Positions 38,892-46,786 of a stretch of 64,000 bases of DNA are shown piece after piece. A program made the position numbers and the translations under genes. Source of the stretch: an uncultured Phycisphaeraceae bacterium (lineage in GTDB: Bacteria > Planctomycetota > Phycisphaerae > Phycisphaerales > UBA1924); assembly GCA_964496975.1 (NCBI GenBank), contig CAZCBN010000001.1:57678-121677 (forward strand). Direction: 5' to 3'. How positions within the stretch are numbered: the first letter of the stretch is position 1; every line of letters begins with the position of its first letter. Under the pieces are notes generated by a model that saw only the letters and a list, made by a program, of their open reading frames with translations, did not search any database and was not told the DNA's origin.

Positions 38892-41084
38892 TCACCGGCG
38901 TCGCTCCATCTCGCGCAGGAGGCTGTAGTAGATCTGCGCCTCACGCGCCCGGCCAATCGTGGACCAGTCGATCTCCGGCGGCGCCGCCGCTTCGATTCGC
39001 CGCAGTCCCTGTTCGAGGGCTGCGACAGGCTGCCGCGGCTGGCGCGCCACGAAGGCCGCTCCGGGAATCAGGGCGAGTGCGGTGACCACGAGGGCGATCA
39101 CCCAGGCCCCGCGTGGCCCTCGCAAGCGTTCCGCTCGGCCGATGGCGGTGATGACGCCGTGCGCGCAGGCCAGCACGAGGGCCGGCCGGAGCATGGCCAG
39201 CAGACGGCCGTGGAGCGGACGCCAGAAATTGAGGCTCTGCACCGGGGACGCGTACGCGTTGAGCGCAGCCGCCGCCACAAACGATCCCGCCCACAACACC
39301 CCGAGCACCGTCAGGTCCGCGCCGACGGGGCCGAGCGAGAGCAGGCTCGAACGCAGGCGCGCGATCCACTCGCGCACCGGCGCCGCGGCGCCAGCCTTGG
39401 CCACGATGACAACGACTGCGGCCGCGCCCGCGGCGACCGCCAGGAGCGGCAGCCCGCCTGTCTCCCCCACGCCGATCAGTCCACCCATCGTCTCGCGGGT
39501 GCCCCACAGCAGAACCGCAGCGGCCCCAATGCCGCCCGCCCATGACCGCAGCGCACGCGGCCGCAGGATCCCATCGGTGGCGAGCAACACGGTCGCCAGC
39601 AAGCCGACGTGGCTCTGGTGCACCAGCGAGAGGCACAGCAGCCACGCGTACGACGCGCCCAGCCGGCCCCGCCAGCGCAGGACGAACACGCCAAGTGCGA
39701 GCAGGTTGAAGTGGTGACGCGGGGTGTCGCCAAAGATGGTGGATGGGGGTCCGGGATTGAGCAGCATCCCGACGAGGTTGCGCCACGAGACGTCCCACGC
39801 GGCCGCGCCCGACGACACGTCCGGCAGCAGCAACAAGCCGCCGCCGACGGCCATCCCGAAGAGCGACAACACATGAAACAGACTGTGCAGCCCGGCGATG
39901 CCCCCCACCGCCGCCGCCAGTGACACCAGCCACCCGGTGTCGCGCAGGGACCAGGCCAGCAGCACCAGGCTGGCGGCCATCAACACCCACGTCGCGGAAT
40001 ACCCCCAGAACATGGCGCGGGCCAGATACGCCGGATAGTCGTGCAGGGGATCCCGGCCCAGCGCCGCCCGGGTGGCGTCGCCCGCCGCCCGGTAGATGAG
40101 CGTCGGGACCAGATAGTTGCCGGCATAGTCCTGTCGCGTGTGGAACCGCCACTGCGTGTTCTCCGAGGCCCCGGCCGCCCGCAACGCGTCGGCCACGCGC
40201 GCATGCGCATCGGCGCTTTCGGCCGCGCGGCCCATCTGAGCGCCGAGGTAATGCAGATACAGCCGGTCATCGTCGGGCCGCAGGCCCGACTCATGCGCGT
40301 ACCCAAGGGCGAGGTGCGCGACCAGCACCACCAGCGCGGCAGTCACGAAGCGACGGTCCGCCGGCGCCGCGGCGACGGCGGGGCGAAGGCGTTCGCTCAC
40401 CAGCACCTGCAGCGCCTGTACACCGTCGCGCCAGCCAATCTTCTTTCCGGCGACACGCGACCGCGGCGCATACGACACCGGCCGTTCGACGATGTGGTGG
40501 CCCGCCCGGAGCAGCCGGGCCGCGATTTGGGGCTCAATGTCGAACCGGTTGGCGGTCAGCGACAGGCCCCGCGCGACCTCGATGCGCATCACCTTGTAAC
40601 ACGTCTCCTGATCAGTCAACGACGCCCCGAACAACACGTTCGTCACCATCGTCAGCACGCGGTTCGCCCAGGCGGTCATCCGCGGCACGCCCGCCGGTGG
40701 CTGGAGGAACCGGGACCCGAACACGACGGCGGACTCTCCGCGCAGAATGGGTTCGACGAGACGGCTGAGGTCCTGGGGGTCCAGTTCGAGGTCGGCGTCC
40801 TGAATGGCGACGACCGATCCGGTCGCCCGTGCCAGTCCCAGGCGAACGGCGGCGCCCTTGCCGCGGTTGCGCGGGGACCTGATGACGATGACTCCCGGCA
40901 CCTCGGCTTCCATCTGGTCCAGAATGTGGCGGGTCTCGTCGGTCGAGCCATCGTCGACGATCAGCACCTCCCGGGGAATCGGGAGGTCGATGGTGAGGAC
41001 CCGATCGATCACGCGCCGGACCGTCCGCGCTTCGTTGTAGACGGGGACGATGATCGACAGGCACTCGTGGCCGGGAGACCGCAC
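38892..41084 (-). CDS. GT2-family glycosyltransferase fused to a large polytopic membrane domain
   Basis: N-terminus LSIIVPVYNEARTVRRVIDRVL..VLIVDDGSTDET..RNRGKGAAVRLGL..VAIQDADLELDP. This is followed by about 480 aa of multiple hydrophobic segments. Confidence 0.8.
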   Translation of the reverse strand: MRSPGHECLSIIVPVYNEARTVRRVIDRVLTIDLPIPREVLIVDDGSTDETRHILDQMEAEVPGVIVIRSPRNRGKGAAVRLGLARATGSVVAIQDADLELDPQDLSRLVEPILRGESAVVFGSRFLQPPAGVPRMTAWANRVLTMVTNVLFGASLTDQETCYKVMRIEVARGLSLTANRFDIEPQIAARLLRAGHHIVERPVSYAPRSRVAGKKIGWRDGVQALQVLVSERLRPAVAAAPADRRFVTAALVVLVAHLALGYAHESGLRPDDDRLYLHYLGAQMGRAAESADAHARVADALRAAGASENTQWRFHTRQDYAGNYLVPTLIYRAAGDATRAALGRDPLHDYPAYLARAMFWGYSATWVLMAASLVLLAWSLRDTGWLVSLAAAVGGIAGLHSLFHVLSLFGMAVGGGLLLLPDVSSGAAAWDVSWRNLVGMLLNPGPPSTIFGDTPRHHFNLLALGVFVLRWRGRLGASYAWLLCLSLVHQSHVGLLATVLLATDGILRPRALRSWAGGIGAAAVLLWGTRETMGGLIGVGETGGLPLLAVAAGAAAVVVIVAKAGAAAPVREWIARLRSSLLSLGPVGADLTVLGVLWAGSFVAAAALNAYASPVQSLNFWRPLHGRLLAMLRPALVLACAHGVITAIGRAERLRGPRGAWVIALVVTALALIPGAAFVARQPRQPVAALEQGLRRIEAAAPPEIDWSTIGRAREAQIYYSLLREMERRR

Positions 41085-41143
41085 GCCGGAGAGCCTATCG
41101 CAAAGTCCTGGACCACAGGCGGCGCGACGCCCGATGGCGTGAC

Positions 41144-41977
41144 ATGATGCGAGGTGACGCCATGAGCGGATTTAATCGCTGCACCTGGGCTCGCGCCGGG
41201 TACGTCGTCTACAACGCCCACGACGTGTACATCGGACAGGCGTTCGAGCGGTACGGCGAGTACTCCGAGATCGAGGCGAGATTGTTGCGGCGGCTTTGCC
41301 CTGCTGGGGGCATCGCCGTGGACCTGGGCGCCAACATCGGCGCACACACGCTGGCGCTCTCGAGCGCCGTCGGGCCGGACGGATTCGTCTATGCGTACGA
41401 ACCGCAGCGCGTGGTGTTCCAGACCCTGTGCGCCAATCTCGCGCTCAACAACATCACGAATGTCGACGCGCGCCAGGCCGCCGCGGGCGCGTCCAGCGGC
41501 ACGGTCCTGATTCCCGATCTGGACTACCGCCGACGTGGCAACTTTGGCGGCGTGGACGTGAGCCGGTTCACGAGCGGCCGGCCGGTCCGGCGGGTGGCGC
41601 TCGACGACGACCTCGATGTGCCGGGCCTGAACCTGCTGAAGGTTGACGTGGAAGGCATGGAGCGGGAAGCGCTGCAGGGCGCCCGGCGGCTGATCGCGCG
41701 GTGCCGGCCCTACCTCTACGTCGAAAACGATCGCCTCGACCGTTCAGAGGCGTTGCTGCGCTGTCTGCTCGAGTGGGACTACCGGCTCTACTGGCACCAG
41801 CCGCCGCTGTTTAATCCCGGCAACTTCCTCGGCGCCACTGAGAACGTCTACCCGGGGATTGTCTCGGTGAACGTCCTGGCCGTGCCCCGCGAGTCGCCGC
41901 AGCCGCTGCTGGGGCTTCCCGAGGTGCGCGATCCTGCCGAACATCCCCTTCGCGCCCGGCCCGAGGCCCCTCGCTGA
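41144..41977 (+). CDS. FkbM-family methyltransferase
   Basis: VDLGANIGAHTLALSSAV..VYAYEPQRVVFQTLCANLALNNITNV..LNLLKVDVEGMEREALQGA. Alternative start at ATG 41162. Confidence 0.8.
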   Translation: MMRGDAMSGFNRCTWARAGYVVYNAHDVYIGQAFERYGEYSEIEARLLRRLCPAGGIAVDLGANIGAHTLALSSAVGPDGFVYAYEPQRVVFQTLCANLALNNITNVDARQAAAGASSGTVLIPDLDYRRRGNFGGVDVSRFTSGRPVRRVALDDDLDVPGLNLLKVDVEGMEREALQGARRLIARCRPYLYVENDRLDRSEALLRCLLEWDYRLYWHQPPLFNPGNFLGATENVYPGIVSVNVLAVPRESPQPLLGLPEVRDPAEHPLRARPEAPR

Positions 41978-43931
41978 ACCACGCGTCAAACAGCGGCCGC
42001 AGTTGCTCGGCGCCGTGGACCGACAGGTGGTCCTGATCCCGGTACAACATGCGCCAGCCATCCCGGTGCCGGCACTCCGATTCGTCGCACAGGTACGGCG
42101 CCGGGTCGAACAGACGCGCGCCGGGCAGGCCGCTGAATGCTTCTGCCAGCGCCGCTCGCGTGGAGGCGGCCCGGACCTCGTGCGCCTCCGTCGCGTACAT
42201 CGGACGCGGCCGCAGGCGCAGGCCGTAGTAGTCAACGATCGCCGCCTTGGCGGGGACAAACGGCATCATCGGCACCTGCAGGAGCACCCCGATGGGCGCC
42301 TGTGTCGCGCGCAGCCCGCCGACCGCACGCGCCAGTGACGACGTGAACGCCGACAATGCCGCAGCGTCCCGTGCTTCGTCCGGCGCGACTTCGTCCACCA
42401 GACGCTGTCGGCGCGCGCCCGAACCGGACGACGGGGCGCCCGACGCGTGGAGGATCCAACGCATCGCGAACATCGTCCCGCGGTAACCGTCGGATTGGCT
42501 GACGGACTGCAAAAACCGGGCGATTGAGTCCGGATCGCCGCCCACGCCGGTCCAGGTACGCGACAGGCACAGCACCTGGAGCCCGCGGTCCCGCGCGGCG
42601 CGTCCGAACGTTTCCCGCAGGCTCTGCGCGTGACTGTCACCGAACAACACCACGAACGGGCCAGAGATGGCCTCCAGCCGGCGCTCGCATGGCCGTGGCA
42701 GCTGCGTCGCCGACGTCATGATCGTCTGGACGTCGGCCGGCAGGGTGGACCCGTCGCGTACGAGTCTCGTGATCGCCAACGACCCGGCGACAAACGCCGC
42801 CAGGACCACCAGACTCATGGCCGGTGAAATGGCGAACCGCCGCCGTTCCACCAGATGATGCGTCGGCATCACGAAGACCGCGAGGACCGCCCCATACCGC
42901 AGGTAGTCGCCGGGCGCCGCGCCAAAATCGGGGTTGGCGTACGTGAACACGCCCAGCACCGGCCAATGCCAGAGGTACGCGGCATAACTGACTCCGCCCA
43001 GGTATTCACCGGTGCGGGGCACCACGCCGTCGCCGCGCCGCCGGGCGGGGTCGGCCGCCAGCAGGCAGACCGCCGTCAGGAGACACACCATCACCGTCTG
43101 CGCATTGGGCCATGTCGTGGCGTCCAGCGTCGCGGTGGCGATCACCGCGAGCCCCAGCGCGCCCGCCGTGAACCACACGTGCCGCGAGCGCTGCAGCCAC
43201 CCGACTCGGGCCCACAGCGGCGCGGCCTGGGCCGCGAGCATGAAGCTGCTGGCGCCCACGAGCAGCTCCCACGCCCGAAACGGTCCGAGATAAAACCGCA
43301 GGGCCTCGTCGGGTGCGTTCAGACCACCCCACGCGGCCACCTGACGCGCGAGCGGCACCAGCGGGCTGGCGTTCGACAGGGCCGGCAGGGTCGCGGCGCC
43401 GGTCACCACCAGGAACAGCCAGACTCCGGACGCTCCGCGCAGAGCCCGCCCCTTCCACAGTCCCGCGAGCAGAAGCGGATAGATCAGATAGAACTGTTCT
43501 TCGACTGCCAGCGACCAGGTGTGCAGCAGCACCTGTGCCGACGGCAGCCCCTGAAAATAGTCAGGATTCCCCTCGGCGAAGAGCAGATTCTGCTGGAGGC
43601 CCCCCTGCCACGCGACGGCGCGCTGCAGCCGGCGCAGATCGGCATCGAGATACAGCCACCAGCCCACCAGCAGGGTGCCCGCCGTCACCACCGCCAGCGG
43701 CGGAACGAGGCGGATGATCCGCCGGTAATAGAACTGCCTGAGGAATCCGGTGACCGACGCCGCGTCGGACTCGAGCAGCGCCTTCGTGATGACGAAGCCT
43801 GAGATGACGAAGAAGATGTCGACGCCGACGAACCCGCCCGCGATGAGGTCGAGGTGTCCGGCGATCACCAGGAGCACCGCCGTCGCGCGGAGGTATTCGA
43901 CCTGATGCATCCGGGGCGAAGCGGCGTTCAT
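41811..43931 (-). CDS. Acyltransferase_3 (OafA-type) membrane O-acyltransferase with C-terminal SGNH-like domain
   Basis: Start MNAASPRMHQVEYLRATAVLLVIAGHL..GVDIFFVISGFVITK. Multi-TM core, then the soluble domain ..FVVLFGDSHAQSL..YRDQDHLSVHGA. The last ~50 codons are an Arg-rich tail antisense to the FkbM gene. Confidence 0.8.
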   Translation of the reverse strand: MNAASPRMHQVEYLRATAVLLVIAGHLDLIAGGFVGVDIFFVISGFVITKALLESDAASVTGFLRQFYYRRIIRLVPPLAVVTAGTLLVGWWLYLDADLRRLQRAVAWQGGLQQNLLFAEGNPDYFQGLPSAQVLLHTWSLAVEEQFYLIYPLLLAGLWKGRALRGASGVWLFLVVTGAATLPALSNASPLVPLARQVAAWGGLNAPDEALRFYLGPFRAWELLVGASSFMLAAQAAPLWARVGWLQRSRHVWFTAGALGLAVIATATLDATTWPNAQTVMVCLLTAVCLLAADPARRRGDGVVPRTGEYLGGVSYAAYLWHWPVLGVFTYANPDFGAAPGDYLRYGAVLAVFVMPTHHLVERRRFAISPAMSLVVLAAFVAGSLAITRLVRDGSTLPADVQTIMTSATQLPRPCERRLEAISGPFVVLFGDSHAQSLRETFGRAARDRGLQVLCLSRTWTGVGGDPDSIARFLQSVSQSDGYRGTMFAMRWILHASGAPSSGSGARRQRLVDEVAPDEARDAAALSAFTSSLARAVGGLRATQAPIGVLLQVPMMPFVPAKAAIVDYYGLRLRPRPMYATEAHEVRAASTRAALAEAFSGLPGARLFDPAPYLCDESECRHRDGWRMLYRDQDHLSVHGAEQLRPLFDAWFSEGPRAGREGDVRQDRAPREAPAAAAATRGARPGRSPRQSPGRRSQWRRGSCRD

Positions 43932-43989
43932 CGCAGACGCGCATTCTACCCGCCGCCGGGGGCGTGAGGCCCTGTGATATGGTCCGGCC

Positions 43990-44796
43990 GTGTCGTCGAC
44001 GCCGACCGATCCGCCCGATCTCTCCGGCAGCATCGTCGTCCTGGCTCACGCGCGAACCGGATCGTCACTGGTGATGCAGACGCTGCGCCTGCTCGGGGCG
44101 CAGGTGCTGGGCGACTTCGCGCGGCCCGACCTGCCGCAGTCGGCGAATCCGAAGGGCTACTTCGAGGATTTGGATCTGCTGCGCGACGGCCTGTCGGCGC
44201 GGGCCCTGGCCGACGCCCCGCGCCTGCTGCGCGGGCGCGCCGTGAAACTGGCGCTGCACCCGCTGGTCCACCGTCGATCGCGCGGCGAGTGGACGGCGTT
44301 GGCGCAGCCCGAGGTCCGGCTCCTGCTGCCGATCCGGACGCCGGCCGAATCGCTGACCTCGCGCCAGGTCTTCCTGCGATCGGATGACCCGCGCGCGCGG
44401 CACGACCTGTTCCACATGTCCGCGCGCAACCGGCTGCTGGATTTCGGGTTTCTCGCCGAGTGGGTTGGCGCGGCGGGGCGCCATCGCCCGGCCCCGGCCG
44501 TCATCGACTACGAACTCGCCATCGCCGATCCCGCGCGGTATGTGGCGCAGGTGGCGGACGCCGCGGCCCTGCAGCCGACCGGCGCGCAGCGGTCCGCGGC
44601 GCTCGACAACATCGATCGGGATCTCTACCGGTTCCGCCTGGCCGGCGACACCGCCACTCGCGCGGCGGCCGGCGTTCGGCCCCTCGAGCGCGTGTATGAC
44701 CTGCTGCGCGCCAATGATCCCGACCGGTGGGCGCGGCTTCGTGACTCGTTGCCGCCCTGGGTGTCCGAGGCGGCACGCGCGCCGCTGACCGACTGA
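43990..44796 (+). CDS. Sulfotransferase-like P-loop protein
   Basis: GTG start. IVVLAHARTGSSLVMQTL resembles the 5'-phosphosulfate-binding loop of Stf0-type sulfotransferases. Confidence 0.5.
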   Translation: MSSTPTDPPDLSGSIVVLAHARTGSSLVMQTLRLLGAQVLGDFARPDLPQSANPKGYFEDLDLLRDGLSARALADAPRLLRGRAVKLALHPLVHRRSRGEWTALAQPEVRLLLPIRTPAESLTSRQVFLRSDDPRARHDLFHMSARNRLLDFGFLAEWVGAAGRHRPAPAVIDYELAIADPARYVAQVADAAALQPTGAQRSAALDNIDRDLYRFRLAGDTATRAAAGVRPLERVYDLLRANDPDRWARLRDSLPPWVSEAARAPLTD

Positions 44797-45663
44797 CTAC
44801 GGCGCCGACGCCCAGTCCGCCCGCGCGGCCTGCCACTGCAGGAACGGCCCGCGGCGGTCTTCCTCCATGGCGTGCAGCGCGGCGGCCGTCACGTTCCACG
44901 GCTTGGGTGGCCCGAGAAAGTGCACGAGTGCGGCGTCGGCCACCGGGACCCGCGGCCGGGTATACCGCGCCATGTGGCCCGCGATGAAATAGTTGTAGTG
45001 TTCGCGAGCCCTCGTCCAGCGCCCCCGGAAGTACCGGTTGAGGATCACGCTGTCGGTGTGCCCTGTCCGCACCCCGGCCCAGGTCTCCGGACGCACCAGG
45101 TCCACCAGATCGCGGAAGGTCGATTCCCCGAGCCGGCCCGGCGCGATCGAGAGCACCCCCGCGTTGAACATCAGGTCGCCGGCACGCGCCTCGAGCGCCT
45201 CCGGTCCGACCTCGGCCGCGACGTACGTCACCGGGTCGCGAATCTGTCCGCGGTAATAACTCTGATCGGGACACGCGAGCAGCGGGGCGTCGGTGGCCGC
45301 CAGCGCGGCGACGGTGCCGGTACAGAGCACGTCGCTGTCGATTTTCAGCACCCGCGCGTACTCGGTAAGGCTGAAGGCGTCGAGCGCAAACAGGATGCGG
45401 GCTTTACGCGCGACCGCGGGCACCTGGTCGGCCGTGGCCGTCACGCGCGCCTTCAGCCGCGCGTCCACCGCGCGGAAGGTCACGTTCGGAAACCGGCGGA
45501 GCGCCTCCACCGCCGCAGGCGGCAGCCCATCGTGGATGATGACAATGCGGCCGGTGAACCACGGGTTGTGGCGCAGGAACGACCACAGCAGCACCAGCGT
45601 CCCCGGCAGGTACGCCTCATCGGTCACCGTGGCCAGGCAGGTTGAATCGGGCGCGGTAATCAA
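44797..45663 (-). CDS. GT8-family glycosyltransferase
   Basis: CLATVTDEAYLPGTLVLLWSFLRHNP.., DxD-type KIDSDVLCTG, and C-terminal HFLGPPKPW. There is no in-frame ATG near the domain start, so TTG 45663 was chosen. The 536-aa track ORF is 5'-extended. Confidence 0.7.
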   Translation of the reverse strand: MITAPDSTCLATVTDEAYLPGTLVLLWSFLRHNPWFTGRIVIIHDGLPPAAVEALRRFPNVTFRAVDARLKARVTATADQVPAVARKARILFALDAFSLTEYARVLKIDSDVLCTGTVAALAATDAPLLACPDQSYYRGQIRDPVTYVAAEVGPEALEARAGDLMFNAGVLSIAPGRLGESTFRDLVDLVRPETWAGVRTGHTDSVILNRYFRGRWTRAREHYNYFIAGHMARYTRPRVPVADAALVHFLGPPKPWNVTAAALHAMEEDRRGPFLQWQAARADWASAP

Positions 45664-45681
45664 TTGAAATTCCCAGTGGGC

Positions 45682-46251
45682 ATGCGCAGAGTCTTCGGCA
45701 TCGGATTCCACAAGACGGGGACGTCGAGCCTCGCGGCCGCGCTGGCGCTGCTCGGCTACCGGGTGTGCCAGGGCGCACGGCCGATTCGCCAGGCGCTCGG
45801 CGTCACCGAAGCCCTCGACCTGCTGCGCCGCCACGAGCTGGACCCGATCCTGCGGGTGGCCGAGCGCTTCGACGCCTGCACCGACAATCCCTGGTTTCTC
45901 CTGTACCGCGAGCTCGACGAGCGCTTTCCGGGGAGCCAGTTTATCCTGACTCATCGGCCGCCGGCCGCGTGGCTCGCGAGCGCGCTGCGGTACTACGGCC
46001 GCAGTGAGACCCCGATGCGGCACTGGATCTACGGGGTCGGCACGCCCACCGGTCACGAGGCCGTTTGGCTTGCGCGGTACGAGCGGCACCTGGCCGACGT
46101 GCGCCGGCACTTCGCCGGCCGGCCGGATGACCTGCTCGAGGCGGACTGGACGCAGGGCGACGGCTGGTCCACGTTGGGCCGCTTTCTCGGGCGGAAGACA
46201 CCATCCCAGCCGTTTCCCCACGTCCGACCGGTTCGCTCCCCGCGCCCCTAG
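45682..46251 (+). CDS. Sulfotransferase-family protein
   Basis: MRRVFGIGFHKTGTSSLAAAL (PAPS 5'-PSB loop-like) and ..FILTHRPPAAWLAS. Same orientation as the PqqD gene and 46 nt upstream of it. Confidence 0.65.
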   Translation: MRRVFGIGFHKTGTSSLAAALALLGYRVCQGARPIRQALGVTEALDLLRRHELDPILRVAERFDACTDNPWFLLYRELDERFPGSQFILTHRPPAAWLASALRYYGRSETPMRHWIYGVGTPTGHEAVWLARYERHLADVRRHFAGRPDDLLEADWTQGDGWSTLGRFLGRKTPSQPFPHVRPVRSPRP

Positions 46252-46297
46252 CACCCCGCGCGGCGGTATGGGATACTTCTGCCCGGGAGCGAGAGGC

Positions 46298-46588
46298 ATG
46301 TCACGCGAACACACCGTGCATCTGGAGTCCGTCATTTCGCGGTCGGAGGAGATCATCTTCACCGACCTGAACGATGACGTGACGATGATGGACGCCAGAA
46401 CGGGCAAGTACTATGCCCTGCCGAAAGTCGGCGGGCGGATCTGGACGCTCCTCGCCCAGCCCATGTCGGTCGCCGCCCTCTGCGATCGTCTCCTCTCCGA
46501 ATACCGCGTCGACCGCAAGCGGTGCGAGGAGGAAGTCTGCGCCCTGTTGGCAGACATGCACACTGCGGGCATCGTCAATCGATCCTGA
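46298..46588 (+). CDS. PqqD-family protein (RiPP recognition element)
   Basis: 96 aa: SEEIIFTDLNDDVTMMDARTGKYYALPKVGGRIWTLLAQPMSVAALCDRLLSEYRVDRKRCEEEVCALLADMHTAGIV, the canonical PqqD pattern. GGGAGCGAGAGG lies upstream of ATG 46298. Confidence 0.8.
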   Translation: MSREHTVHLESVISRSEEIIFTDLNDDVTMMDARTGKYYALPKVGGRIWTLLAQPMSVAALCDRLLSEYRVDRKRCEEEVCALLADMHTAGIVNRS

Positions 46589-46612
46589 ACCGAGTCAGAA
46601 AGGACACCACAC

Positions 46613-46771
46613 GTGGACACCAACGAGCCCCCCGAACGTTTCGCCGAGCCGACGCCTGCGTTGAAGGAGTGGGAAACGCCGACGCTGATCACGGAAGACA
46701 TCGTCGAAGTGACCAAGGGAGGTTCGTTGACCCTGGCCAGCCCGGGGGATGACACCTGGTATCGGTCCTAG
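46613..46771 (+). CDS. Candidate RiPP precursor peptide (52 codons, not in the ORF track)
   Basis: GTG 46613 to TAG 46769-46771, with AAAGGA about 9 nt upstream, 24 nt after the PqqD stop. Peptide: VDTNEPPERFAEPTPALKEWETPTLITEDIVEVTKGGSLTLASPGDDTWYRS. It has a W-x-x-P-x-L leader motif, a T-K-G junction and a C-terminal Ser. Confidence 0.5.
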   Translation: MDTNEPPERFAEPTPALKEWETPTLITEDIVEVTKGGSLTLASPGDDTWYRS

Positions 46772-46786
46772 TCGGCGGCCGCGCCC

